From contig CAVQVO010000017.1 of assembly GCA_963717115.1 (NCBI GenBank), positions 792,109-856,108 on the forward strand: a DNA stretch of 64,000 nucleotides. The letters run 5' to 3'. The position numbers and the translations under genes were made by a program. Source of the DNA: an uncultured Acidimicrobiales bacterium (GTDB lineage: Bacteria; Actinomycetota; Acidimicrobiia; Acidimicrobiales; SZUA-35). Below the pieces are notes generated by a model, which worked only from the letters and a program-made list of their open reading frames with translations, had not been told where the DNA came from and made no database searches. Positions within the stretch are counted from its first letter, which is position 1; each line of letters starts with the position of its first letter. Positions 36,004 through 45,102 of the stretch are shown in pieces.

Positions 36004-37115
36004 CCACGACCGTGCTTCGACGTCGCGATTCGGCCAACACGGCGATGCTGCAGGATCCGCTCGACGCCGTCGCCCTCTGGCGCTCGGGGTGGAAGCGCTT
36101 CGGCCTGGTGCTCGGCCTGGTCGTCTATCTCCTGGCGCCGACCCAGCTGTCGGACTTCCAACTCTCGATCGTCGACTACGCCGGCGTGGCCGCCATCGGG
36201 GCGATCGGGCTCAACGTGCTCACCGGCTACACGGGCCAGATCTCGCTCGGCCACGGATTCTTCCTGGGTGCCGGGGCCTACACCGCCGCCTACGTCGGCG
36301 GACAGCAGGACCTCCCCCTGCCCGTGTGGCTCGCCGCCGCCGCCGCCATCGGTGCGCTGGTCGGCCTGGTCATCGGCCCGTTCGCGCTCCGCCTCAAGGG
36401 CAGCTACCTGGCCATCATCACCCTCGGCCTGGTGTTCATCGGTCAGCACGTCTTCGAGAACTGGAGCTCGGTGACGGGAGGTCTGTCGGGTACCGCAGTC
36501 ACCGCACCGGTCGAGCTCGGCCCGCTCGACTTCGCAGCACTCGAGGTCTTCGGCACGACCTTCTCTCGCGAGGGCGGCTACTTCTATCTGATCTGGGGCG
36601 TGGTGGCGCTGGTCGCCCTGCTCGTGAAGAACCTCATGCGGACCCGGCTCGGGCGGGCGTTCCAGGCCGTTCGCGACCGCGACGCCGCCGCCGAGGTGAT
36701 CGGCGTCCGCCTCGCCCCCACCAAGGTGATGGCCTTCGTCGTCTCGAGCTCCCTGGCAGCCGTGGCCGGGGCGCTGTACGGATCGTTCCAACGGTTCGTG
36801 AATCCCGAGGAGTTCGGGCTCTTCCTGTCGATCGAGTACGTGGCGATGATCGTGATCGGCGGGGTGGCCACCATCTACGGACCGGTGCTCGGGGCGCTGT
36901 TCATCACCACCGTGCCATTCCTGATCGAGGAGTGGAGCGATCGGATTCCCGGTGTCGCCACCGAGGCCGGGGAGTCGGGCATCACCGTCTTCGCGCTCAA
37001 CCAGGCGCTGTTCGGCGTCCTGATCATCGCCTTCCTCGTGATCGAACCACGAGGACTGGCGGCGCTGTGGATGCGGATCAAGGTCTATTTCCTGGCCTGG
37101 CCCTTCTCCTACTGA
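36000..37115 (+). CDS. HAAT-family ABC transporter permease, LivM-like
   Basis: GTG 36000 overlaps the LivH-like stop (GTGA). Motif ...GAIGLNVLTGYTGQISLGHGFFLGAGAYTAAY.... Confidence 0.85.
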   Translation: MTTTVLRRRDSANTAMLQDPLDAVALWRSGWKRFGLVLGLVVYLLAPTQLSDFQLSIVDYAGVAAIGAIGLNVLTGYTGQISLGHGFFLGAGAYTAAYVGGQQDLPLPVWLAAAAAIGALVGLVIGPFALRLKGSYLAIITLGLVFIGQHVFENWSSVTGGLSGTAVTAPVELGPLDFAALEVFGTTFSREGGYFYLIWGVVALVALLVKNLMRTRLGRAFQAVRDRDAAAEVIGVRLAPTKVMAFVVSSSLAAVAGALYGSFQRFVNPEEFGLFLSIEYVAMIVIGGVATIYGPVLGALFITTVPFLIEEWSDRIPGVATEAGESGITVFALNQALFGVLIIAFLVIEPRGLAALWMRIKVYFLAWPFSY

Positions 37116-37171
37116 CGCATCGAACCCAACCGGACCAAGTCAACCAGACCACGAAGGAGAGGCTGTACGCC

Positions 37172-38539
37172 ATGCGAACAACGACACGCAATCGCTGGAT
37201 TGCCCTGTTGATGGGCTTCCTGCTGCTCGCCGCATCATGCGGGGGGAGCGACGACACGGAGGCGACATCGGACGGCGACGAGGTGACCACCACCGCGGCG
37301 ACCGACGAGGGAACCGATGACGCCACCGAGGAATCGACCGACGAATCGACCGACGACACCGGCGGCGCCGAACCCGTTGCCGGACCGGGCTTCGACGGCA
37401 CGACGATCCAGGTCGGGGTGATCTCGGCCCTGAGCGGTCCGGCCGCCGTGATCGGCACCCAACTGGCGGCCGGTCAACAGGTCTACTTCGACTACCTCAA
37501 CGCCGAACTCGGCGGGGTGGCCGGCAAGTACCCGGTCGAGATCCTGCTCGAGGACCACCAGTACGACACCGCCGGCACCGTGCAGAAGTACGGCAAGATC
37601 AAGAACGACGTGGTGATGTTCTCGCAGATCATGGGAACGGCCCAGGTGTTCGCCACCCTGCCGCTGCTGGCCGAGGACAACATGGTCGCCGCCCCGGCGT
37701 CGCAGGATGCCTTCTGGGTCCGCGAACCGAACCTCTTCAACGTGATCGAGCCCTATCAGATCGACGTGATCAACGGCATGGAGTACTACCTCGGCGACGG
37801 CGGTGGCTCGGTCGACGACACGATCTGCGCCGTCATCCAGAACGACCTCTACGGTGAGGCCGGCCTCGAAGGACTCGAGTACGCCGCCGAGAACATGGGC
37901 TTCGAGATCGCCACCGTCACTCGCTACGGCTCCGGTGACCAGGACTTCACCGCCCAGATCACCGAGCTCGTGAACGCCGACTGCGACATGGTCTGGGCGA
38001 CGGCCCTGCCGACCGAGTTCGGCGGCCTGCTCGGCACCGCCGCCCAGTCGGGCTTCACACCCCGCTGGATCGCTCAGTCACCGGCATGGATCGACATCCT
38101 GGCCCTCGGTGCCCTGGCCGACTACCTGGAGGCCAACGTCTGGGTCGTGGCCCTCGGTCGGGAATGGGGCGATCCGGCGTCGACCACCATGACCGAGATG
38201 GTCGAGCGGGTGGCCAAGTACAAGCCGGATCAGGCTCCCAGCTACTACTTCACCTTCGGCTACGTCCAGGCCTGGGCGGCCCACCAGTTGCTCGAGGCAG
38301 CCGTCGCCAACGGCGACCTCGGTCGGCAGGGGATCATCGACGCCATGAACGGCCTGGACCAGTTGGAGTTCGGCGATCTCAGCGACCCGTATCTCTACGG
38401 CCCGCCCGAGGACCGCAACCCGCCGAGGACGAGCACCGTGTTCGCCGTCGACGTCGAGAAGCCCTTCGCCCTCGCGGCGCTGTCGGACCCGATCACGTCG
38501 CCGGTGGCTCAGTCGTACGAGTTCACCGACGCCGGCTGA
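37172..38539 (+). CDS. ABC transporter substrate-binding lipoprotein (type I PBP, LivK-like) with acidic linker
   Basis: AAGGAGAGG lies upstream of ATG 37172. Lipobox LLLAASCGG is followed by a D/E/T-rich linker and then ...IQVGVISALSGPAAVIGTQLAAGQQVYFDYLN.... Confidence 0.85.
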   Translation: MRTTTRNRWIALLMGFLLLAASCGGSDDTEATSDGDEVTTTAATDEGTDDATEESTDESTDDTGGAEPVAGPGFDGTTIQVGVISALSGPAAVIGTQLAAGQQVYFDYLNAELGGVAGKYPVEILLEDHQYDTAGTVQKYGKIKNDVVMFSQIMGTAQVFATLPLLAEDNMVAAPASQDAFWVREPNLFNVIEPYQIDVINGMEYYLGDGGGSVDDTICAVIQNDLYGEAGLEGLEYAAENMGFEIATVTRYGSGDQDFTAQITELVNADCDMVWATALPTEFGGLLGTAAQSGFTPRWIAQSPAWIDILALGALADYLEANVWVVALGREWGDPASTTMTEMVERVAKYKPDQAPSYYFTFGYVQAWAAHQLLEAAVANGDLGRQGIIDAMNGLDQLEFGDLSDPYLYGPPEDRNPPRTSTVFAVDVEKPFALAALSDPITSPVAQSYEFTDAG

Positions 38540-38558
38540 CGAACCGAACCCGATCCGA

Positions 38559-38585
38559 CGATGGCCGGGCAGCCCCCGGCCATCG
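38559..38585 (+). terminator. Stem-loop after the ABC operon (11-bp GC-rich stem, 5-nt loop)
   Basis: CGATGGCCGGG-CAGCC-CCCGGCCATCG, 20 nt after the stop at 38539. No U-tract follows. Confidence 0.45.
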
Positions 38586-38711
38586 CCGCGTCCGTTCACC
38601 GGCGGTTGACGACGCCGAAATCGTGGCGAAACAGTCGGTTGCGATGCTGTCCCCGGCGTCGAGGTCAGGTCGGCATGGTGGCGGCGGACTCGGTCGGCCG
38701 AGGAGCACGTC

Positions 38712-38942
38712 ATGTCGAACACACCAACACGTCTCTCCCCCCAGCGGCGTCACGCCCAGCCGGCGTTGGACCGTCTCCACCGGGCCAACGCCGGCAGGCC
38801 GGAGCCTGCGGTCCAGCGGGCGCTCCTGACCGAGTTCACCCGTCTCGGCTGGCGAATCGGCCCGCCGACGATGCAGCAGTACGCCCGCCAGATCGAGGTC
38901 GGTCGTCGGGTGACCTATCGGGACGGCGAACTCGCCGGCTGA
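38712..38942 (+). CDS. Hypothetical small protein (76 aa)
   Basis: High GC3. GAGGAG lies ~8 nt upstream of the ATG. I recognise no family. Confidence 0.4.
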   Translation: MSNTPTRLSPQRRHAQPALDRLHRANAGRPEPAVQRALLTEFTRLGWRIGPPTMQQYARQIEVGRRVTYRDGELAG

Positions 38943-39039
38943 GCGGCCGATCCGTCGGCGGGGCGGCACCATCGGGCGCCCGTTCCCCGACTATGTTCCT
39001 TCGATGCCGACGCCCGGGTCGGCAGGAAGGGCACCGAGG

Positions 39040-39765
39040 ATGGACCGATCTGCAGCTCGTGGCGAGACCCCGTTGCGGGCGAGGCGTCGGGCATCGGCCT
39101 TGCTCCTCGGCGCGGTCGTCCTCGCCGGTTGCGGTGGTTCGTCCGACGCCGACGGCACGCTGATCGTCGACGGCGCGACGACCACGTCGGCATCGTCGAC
39201 GACGCTCGATCGAACCACCACGACCTCGACGACCACGACGACGTCCACGACCAGCACCACCAGCACGACCACGACCACGACGTCCACCAGCACGACCACG
39301 ACCGAACCACCCCAGCCGACGCTGGCGCTCGGGTTCGACGGACTGGTGCTCGTCGATCCCTCCGGGTCCACGACGCCGCTCGACCTGGGTTCCGAGGGTG
39401 ACCTCGTCATCGGTGCGGTGAATTCGCTGTTCGGCAATCCGACGTCGACGGTTCGCACCGAGTGTCCCTCGGGGCCGCTCCAACAGCTGACCTACGCCAA
39501 CGGGTTCGTGCTCAACAGCGCCGACGGGGTCGTGGTCGGCTGGTCGATCCGCTCCTCGACGCCGTCGGCGGAGTTGGCAACGACGACCGGGATCGGGATC
39601 GGCTCGACCCTGGCCGAGATGCGGCTGTCGAACGAGGTCGAGGTGACCGAGGACTCGCTCGGCCCCGAGTTCCGGATCGGGTCGTTGTTCGGTCTGCTCA
39701 GCTCGACCGGCCCTCAGGGAGTCGTCGAGGCGCTGTGGGGCGGCGACGCCTGCGTCTTCCGCTGA
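39040..39765 (+). CDS. Lipoprotein with Thr/Ser-rich linker, function unknown
   Basis: Signal plus lipobox ...ASALLLGAVVLAGCGG. It is followed by a ~40-aa T/S tract (TTTSTTTTTSTTSTTSTTTTTTSTSTTTTEPP) and then a globular domain with two Cys. The start is ATG 39040 or 39004. Confidence 0.7.
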   Translation: MDRSAARGETPLRARRRASALLLGAVVLAGCGGSSDADGTLIVDGATTTSASSTTLDRTTTTSTTTTTSTTSTTSTTTTTTSTSTTTTEPPQPTLALGFDGLVLVDPSGSTTPLDLGSEGDLVIGAVNSLFGNPTSTVRTECPSGPLQQLTYANGFVLNSADGVVVGWSIRSSTPSAELATTTGIGIGSTLAEMRLSNEVEVTEDSLGPEFRIGSLFGLLSSTGPQGVVEALWGGDACVFR

Positions 39766-39795
39766 GGCGGGGGCGAGCGGGTCCGCCCCGAGTGC

Positions 39796-40266
39796 TCAGA
39801 CGCGGTGGAGCTCGGCCCGGAGGTGGTGCTGGAGCTCGAGTCCGACTGCGGCCATCTCGAGGTCGTAGGTGAGCGTGTCGGCCTGCACGGTCACGATCCG
39901 GCGCACGGCCGTGACCGATTTCGCGGTCGGCGAGGTCGCCACCGTGGCCGACGACAGATCGAGGGTCTGGTCGACGAGCGTGCCGGTGTCGATCTCGACG
40001 ATGCCCGACGGCTGGGCGATGACCCACTCGACCCGCCCCGGGCCTGCCGGGCGGACGTACCCCGACTCGGCATGGAGCGGGAGATCGGTGACGGCGTCAC
40101 GGGTCCGCTGGCTGTAGGCCAGGAAGGGCTTGCCGACGTGCCCGAAGGTCACCTCCTCGACGTAGCCGAAGGAATCGATGGTCGGGTAGTGGCCTTCGCC
40201 GCGACCCCGCCAGGTTCCGAGCAGGAAGGCGAGCGGTTCGACGTCGGGGTGCAGCACGGGTTCCAT
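39796..40266 (-). CDS. Nitrobindin-type heme-binding beta-barrel protein (FABP/THAP4-like, DUF1794)
   Basis: MEPVLHPDVEPLAFLLGTWRGRGEGHYPTIDSFGYVEEVTFGHVGKPFLAYSQRT...LHAESGYVR is the characteristic nitrobindin N-terminal pattern. The rest of the 564-aa ORF upstream is a shadow frame. Confidence 0.8.
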   Translation of the reverse strand: MEPVLHPDVEPLAFLLGTWRGRGEGHYPTIDSFGYVEEVTFGHVGKPFLAYSQRTRDAVTDLPLHAESGYVRPAGPGRVEWVIAQPSGIVEIDTGTLVDQTLDLSSATVATSPTAKSVTAVRRIVTVQADTLTYDLEMAAVGLELQHHLRAELHRV

Positions 40267-40304
40267 GGGGCCATGATGCCAGCCCGAACACCCGGGCCCA
40301 TCGT

Positions 40305-41585
40305 TCAGAGCAGCTGCCCGTACTCGGATTCGAGTTGGTCGAAGTCGAGTTCCCGGAGGAACCGGCTGAAGGCGATCTGGGCGGTCAGGGCCTCGAGGTC
40401 GCGGAAGGGCTCGGGCACGAACCCCGGCGGATCGAGGAGTCCCTCGTCGAAGAGATGATTGACCAGGCCCATCGCCTGCAGGTCGACCTTGCCGCAGAAC
40501 AGCATCGGGATGCGGTCGGGACGACCCTGACGCAGGGCGAGGCGGACGTACACGTACGACAGGACCAGACCCTTGCCGTAGGCCAGGTCCTTGGTGAACG
40601 GCGGGCCGGTGGGCGTGCTGCCGCGGAAGATGCGCGCGGCGATGGTCCACGATTCGTCCTCGTCGAGGCCGGCCACCCGGAAGATCTCGAAGAGCTCCAC
40701 GAACGTGGCTCCTTCGAGGACGAGGCCCACGCCCTTGACCCGGTTGGCGATGCGACGCAGTCGACCGGGGTGACTCCGCAGGGCGAACATCTCGGTGAGC
40801 GTGGCCAGGCCCTCCTGGGTGACCGTCGCCGGCGGGGCGGCCTTGCCCAGGAAGTTGCAGACCGGCTGGGCCAGCCCGTTCCGGGTGGTTCCGACGTGCA
40901 CCCAGCCCTCGTGGGCCTCGAGGGTCGCGAGGTCCTGGGGGCTGAACGTGGCGTCGGATCGCAGCTTGATGTAGGTGGAGCCTGCTGCGGCGTCGGCGAC
41001 CAGGCCGTCGTCGAGTCGGACGTCGACGGCTCCCGGGCCCATCGACTCGTCGAGCCGGGCCTGCAGATGGGCCACCGCCGAGGGACCGTCGAGGTCGTGC
41101 TCGGACCGGTCGGTGAGCAGTGAGGGCTCGAGGGCCGACAGCGAGTTCTCGAGCGAGTGCGCCAGGTCCCGCACCGTCGGACCCCCGGAGTGGAAGACCT
41201 CGTCGGGGGTCCCGTAGAGCAACGTCGCGTAGCTCCCGAATGCCGGGGTGCCGCGGGCCTCGAGCAGGTCGATGGTGAGCCGGTACTGCTCGCAGGTTCG
41301 GCGCAGCAGCTGGGAAGCCGCAGTGGCCGACCCGAGCTGGGTGGCCACCTCGGTCTCGAGGTCGATGAACCGGCCCCGCACCTCGGCGGCGTCGAACTTC
41401 AGCGGATTCCGTTCGTAGTACTCGCGGTCGACCTTCGGCTGCTCGCGGAACTTCGAGGCGAAGAAGTCCGTCTTGATGTCGTCGGTCCACTTCACCGCAT
41501 CCAGCACCCGGATCTCGGCCTGGGCGGCGATCAACCGATCGGAGAGATCGTGGATGGTGGCTCGATGATCGGATTGGTCGGGCAT
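40305..41585 (-). CDS. DUF1704 / 'QEGLA-motif' metallopeptidase-like protein (flavohemoglobin expression-modulating family)
   Basis: Literal TQEGLATLTE motif and HExxH (LEAHEGWVHVGT). Start at ATG 41585 (MPDQSDHR). The remainder of ORF 40305..42548 is antisense to the EamA gene. Confidence 0.75.
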   Translation of the reverse strand: MPDQSDHRATIHDLSDRLIAAQAEIRVLDAVKWTDDIKTDFFASKFREQPKVDREYYERNPLKFDAAEVRGRFIDLETEVATQLGSATAASQLLRRTCEQYRLTIDLLEARGTPAFGSYATLLYGTPDEVFHSGGPTVRDLAHSLENSLSALEPSLLTDRSEHDLDGPSAVAHLQARLDESMGPGAVDVRLDDGLVADAAAGSTYIKLRSDATFSPQDLATLEAHEGWVHVGTTRNGLAQPVCNFLGKAAPPATVTQEGLATLTEMFALRSHPGRLRRIANRVKGVGLVLEGATFVELFEIFRVAGLDEDESWTIAARIFRGSTPTGPPFTKDLAYGKGLVLSYVYVRLALRQGRPDRIPMLFCGKVDLQAMGLVNHLFDEGLLDPPGFVPEPFRDLEALTAQIAFSRFLRELDFDQLESEYGQLL

Positions 41586-41637
41586 GGCATCAGTCAACAG
41601 GGCGGAGGGGTCGTGGCGGTGGACATCGGACAGTAAT

Positions 41638-42504
41638 GTGGTCGGCGTCCGTCGAGCGGTTCCAGGGGATCGGGTGGCTGCGGTCTTCGCATTGGCTGCG
41701 GCCGGCAGCTTCGGTATCGGTGACTTCTTCGGTGGTCTGGCGTCTCGTCGCACCCCGGCCCGAGTCGTGGCGACCTTCACCAGCCTCACCGGACTGGTGC
41801 TCGCGATCCCCTTGCTGGCGATCGTCGGCGGGCAATGGTCGAGCGACGCCGTGGCGTTCGGCGCTGTCGCCGGCCTGCTCGGTGCGCTCGGGCTCGTTTC
41901 GCTCTTCTCGGGACTGGCGATCGGCCCGTTCCAGGTGGTCAGTCCGGTCTCGGCCGTGATCGGCGGCGCGGTGCCGGTGCTGTTCGGCATGGTCGGCGGC
42001 GAACGCCCGGGCGCCGCGGGCGTGTTCGGGCTGCTGATCCTGCCCGTCGCCGTGTGGATCCTGGCCGGGGGGACGCTCTCGATGCCGACCGGGATCGGTC
42101 GGACCCCGCTGGTGGCCGCCATCGCCGCCGGGGTCGGCTTCGGTCTGTTCTTCGTCTGTCTCGATGCCACCCCCGACGACGCCGGGATGGTGCCGGTCGT
42201 GGTCGCCAAGGCGTCGGCTTCGGTGGCGTTGCTGATCGCCAACCGTGGCCCCGGGGGGCTCGGCCGGCCCGATCGGGGGCTCCTCCGCCTCGTCACCGCA
42301 TCGGGTTTCTTCGACATGGGCGCGAATGGGCTGTTCCTCGCGGCGTCGACCCGTGGCGACCTGTCGACGGTGGGGGCGCTGGTGGCGCTGTATCCGGCGA
42401 TGAATGCCGCCCTCGCCGCCGGGTTCCTCGGCGAACGGCTCGGCCGGCTCGAGTTCGTGGGGTTCGCCCTGGCGGTGGGCTCCGGGATGCTCTTGGCTCT
42501 CTGA
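41638..42504 (+). CDS. EamA/DMT family transporter
   Basis: Ten-TM-like hydrophobic protein with duplicated EamA pattern. I prefer GTG 41638 over 41584, which would overlap the divergent gene start. Confidence 0.7.
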   Translation: MVGVRRAVPGDRVAAVFALAAAGSFGIGDFFGGLASRRTPARVVATFTSLTGLVLAIPLLAIVGGQWSSDAVAFGAVAGLLGALGLVSLFSGLAIGPFQVVSPVSAVIGGAVPVLFGMVGGERPGAAGVFGLLILPVAVWILAGGTLSMPTGIGRTPLVAAIAAGVGFGLFFVCLDATPDDAGMVPVVVAKASASVALLIANRGPGGLGRPDRGLLRLVTASGFFDMGANGLFLAASTRGDLSTVGALVALYPAMNAALAAGFLGERLGRLEFVGFALAVGSGMLLAL

Positions 42505-42541
42505 TCGCTCGATCCGCCCTCGGTCCTGGCAGGCTGTCGGC

Positions 42542-43372
42542 GTGCCATCGGACCCCCACGACCAAGAGATCCGGATCGGGCTCGTGCTGGGCGCCGGAGG
42601 GGTGCCCGGTGGCGCCTACCTCCGGGCCGCCATGGCCGAGATCGAGACCCTGACGGGTTGGGCGCCGGCCGGCGCCGCCACGATCGTGGGCACCTCGGTG
42701 GGTGCCCTCAACGCGGCACGGCTTGCGCCCCCCGGCGCCGCCCGGCCCGTCGATCGGGCGCAGCTCGACGCGCTGACCCGGCTCGGCCGCATCCTCGTCC
42801 CGCCCCGTCCCTCACGGTTCGCGGCGCTGGTCGTCCGGGGCCGCCGTCTCGGCGGAGCGCTGTTGGCCCGGATCGCACCTGCCGGTCGCCACGCCGCCGA
42901 CTACGAGGTCGCCGACGGGCCGTACCATCCCGGTGTCCGGGTCGTCTCGGTGGTTCGAGGATTCGGCCGCCCGGGCGGGACCCGGCGTGTGGTCCGCCTG
43001 GTCGACGCCTCGTCGCCGGCGGCCGAGTTGTACGCGTCGGCGGCCGTCCCCGGCTTCGCCCGACCGATCGAGATCGGGGGCGAGGAGCTCATCGATGGCG
43101 CGGTGTACTCGACCACCAACGCCGACCTCATCGACGTCGCGACCCACGACGCCCTGGTCGTGATCGCTCCCATGGCCCCCCGTGAGGGTGGGAGCTTCGT
43201 GGCCCGGTCCCACCGTGCCCTGCTGGTCGAGGAGCTCCGCCCGTGGCGGGCATCGGCCAAGCCGGTGATCGTGGTCAGCCCGACGGGACACGAGCAGCTG
43301 CTCCGCAGCGACCGCGAGCGGTTCGCCGACGCCGCGCGGGCTCGGGTGCGGGAGGCGACGCCGTTCTTCTGA
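42542..43372 (+). CDS. Patatin-like phospholipase
   Basis: Oxyanion GAGGVPGG, nucleophile GTSVGA, catalytic Asp block IDGAVYS. GTG start at 42542. Confidence 0.8.
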   Translation: MPSDPHDQEIRIGLVLGAGGVPGGAYLRAAMAEIETLTGWAPAGAATIVGTSVGALNAARLAPPGAARPVDRAQLDALTRLGRILVPPRPSRFAALVVRGRRLGGALLARIAPAGRHAADYEVADGPYHPGVRVVSVVRGFGRPGGTRRVVRLVDASSPAAELYASAAVPGFARPIEIGGEELIDGAVYSTTNADLIDVATHDALVVIAPMAPREGGSFVARSHRALLVEELRPWRASAKPVIVVSPTGHEQLLRSDRERFADAARARVREATPFF

Positions 43373-43425
43373 GCTCGCCGGGAGGCTCGTGAGCGTTTGC
43401 TCGGAGCGCCTCGAGCGGTGAGGTG

Positions 43426-43458
43426 GCTCCGTGGGAGGAGCTGGTCCTCCCACGGAGC
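43426..43458 (+). terminator. Perfect 14-bp stem / 5-nt loop hairpin downstream of the patatin gene
   Basis: GCTCCGTGGGAGGA-GCTGG-TCCTCCCACGGAGC, with pairing checked base by base. No U-tract follows. Confidence 0.5.
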
Positions 43459-43691
43459 GCATGACCGACGGGCGAAATCGGTCAACCTCGGCGCACCGCC
43501 GCGGCGCGCACAACCCGACGATAGGTCGGATTGGCCCGATCCGCCGGATCGCACCGGATGACCTTACGATGTAAGCACCTTGTTCGGGTGCTCGTCGGGC
43601 CGATGAAGAGGTATCGAACGCACCCGTTCGCCCCGCTCACCCCGCACATCCCGATCGTCCAGGCGGCCGATCTCGGAACCAGAGGAATCCC

Positions 43692-44921
43692 ATGACCGAC
43701 ACGGCCAAGACCCCCACCACCAGCCAGGACCGCGGTCCGGTCGGTGACTGGACGACCGACTTCGATCACATCTCGCCCGAGTACGCCGCCCGAGCGCCCG
43801 AGATCTGGGACGAACTGCGCGACACCTGCCCCGTCGCCCATACCGAACGGTTCGGCGGCGCCTGGCTCCCGACCCGCCACGAGGACGTCGAAGCCATCGC
43901 CCGGGACACCGAACACTTCACGTCCCGCGGGGTCATCGTCTTCGACGGACGCCCCGACGAACCCGCTCCGATCGGCTACGCCCCGCCGATCACGTCGGAC
44001 CCGCCGTTCCACGGATTCGCCCGCCGCCTGCTCCTGCCGGCCTTCAATCCCAAGGCGGTCGACGTGTGGGAGCAGCTGACCCGGGAGTCGTGCCGGGAAC
44101 TCGTCGACGAGATCCTCGCAACGGGCCAAACCGAGGTCGACGCCGCCGTCGACTACGCCCAGCACATCCCCGTCCGGGTGATCGCCGGAATGCTCGGCGT
44201 GCCCGAGGAGGACGGTCCCCGCTTCCGGGCCTTCATCCACCGCATCATCGAAGACCCCGGCGCCGGCGCCGACCTCGCTCCCGAGGACACCTTCGACCAC
44301 TACCTGCAGGGTGTCGTCGACGATCATCTCGACAACCCCCGCGAGGACCTCGTCGACTACCTGCTGGGGCTCGAGATCGACGGCCAACCCCTGCAGCGTG
44401 AGCACGTCACCGGGACGATCGCCCTGCTCATCATCGCCGGGATCGACACCACCTGGTCGGCGATCGGCGCCAGCCTCCATCACCTCGCCACCCATCCCGA
44501 CGACCGCCAACGACTGATCGACGATCCCGAACTCATCGACACCGCCGTCGAGGAGTTCCTCCGCTTCTACGCTCCCGTCACCATGGCCCGACTCGTCGCT
44601 CAGGACGTCGAAGTCGGAGGCTGCCCGATGAAGCAGGACGACTGGGTGCTGCTCTCGTTTCCCTCGGCGAATCGCGATCCCGAGCAGTTCGACGACGCCG
44701 GATCGTTCGTGATCGACCGGGCCCGCAACCGCCATGCCGCCTTCGGTCTGGGCATCCATCGTTGCATCGGCTCGAATCTGGCCCGCATGGAACTCAAGGT
44801 GGCGATCCAGGAGTGGTTGGCCCGGGTTCCCCGGTTCGAACTCGCCGACCCCTCGGTCGTGCGCTGGTCGGCGGGCCAGGTCCGAGGACCTCGCGAACTC
44901 CCGATCCGCATCCTCGACTGA
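43692..44921 (+). CDS. Cytochrome P450
   Basis: I-helix AGIDTTW, EEFLR (ExxR), heme loop FGLGIHRCIGSNLA. Confidence 0.9.
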   Translation: MTDTAKTPTTSQDRGPVGDWTTDFDHISPEYAARAPEIWDELRDTCPVAHTERFGGAWLPTRHEDVEAIARDTEHFTSRGVIVFDGRPDEPAPIGYAPPITSDPPFHGFARRLLLPAFNPKAVDVWEQLTRESCRELVDEILATGQTEVDAAVDYAQHIPVRVIAGMLGVPEEDGPRFRAFIHRIIEDPGAGADLAPEDTFDHYLQGVVDDHLDNPREDLVDYLLGLEIDGQPLQREHVTGTIALLIIAGIDTTWSAIGASLHHLATHPDDRQRLIDDPELIDTAVEEFLRFYAPVTMARLVAQDVEVGGCPMKQDDWVLLSFPSANRDPEQFDDAGSFVIDRARNRHAAFGLGIHRCIGSNLARMELKVAIQEWLARVPRFELADPSVVRWSAGQVRGPRELPIRILD

Positions 44922-44923
44922 AC

Positions 44924-45083
44924 GGGCTCCGCCCCTTCGCCCGCGGTGTCGATTGGCGGGCTCCGCCCCTTCGTCCGCGGTGTCGATTGGCGGGCTCCGC
45001 CCCTTCGTCCGCGGTGTCGATTGGCGGGCTCCGCCCCTTCGTCCGCGGTGTCGATTGGCGGGCTCCGCCCCTTCGTCCGCGGT
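44924..45083. repeat. Intercistronic tandem array, 34-bp unit x about 4.7
   Basis: GGGCTCCGCCCCTTCGTCCGCGGTGTCGATTGGC starts at 44924, 44958, 44992, 45026 and 45060. The first copy has one mismatch (GCC for GTC) and the last copy is truncated. The unit length is not a multiple of 3. The array fills the gap between the P450 stop (44921) and the MFS start (45103). Confidence 0.9.
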
Positions 45084-45102
45084 CCCATTAGGGTGACCGC
45101 CG

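Noticed and set aside
39796-42548. 564-aa (39796..41490) and 747-aa (40305..42548) minus-strand ORFs
   Set aside because: Only the 3' 157 and 427 codons respectively carry family signatures (nitrobindin, DUF1704). The N-terminal parts are Arg/Pro-rich shadows overlapping the DUF1704 gene or antisense to the EamA gene.
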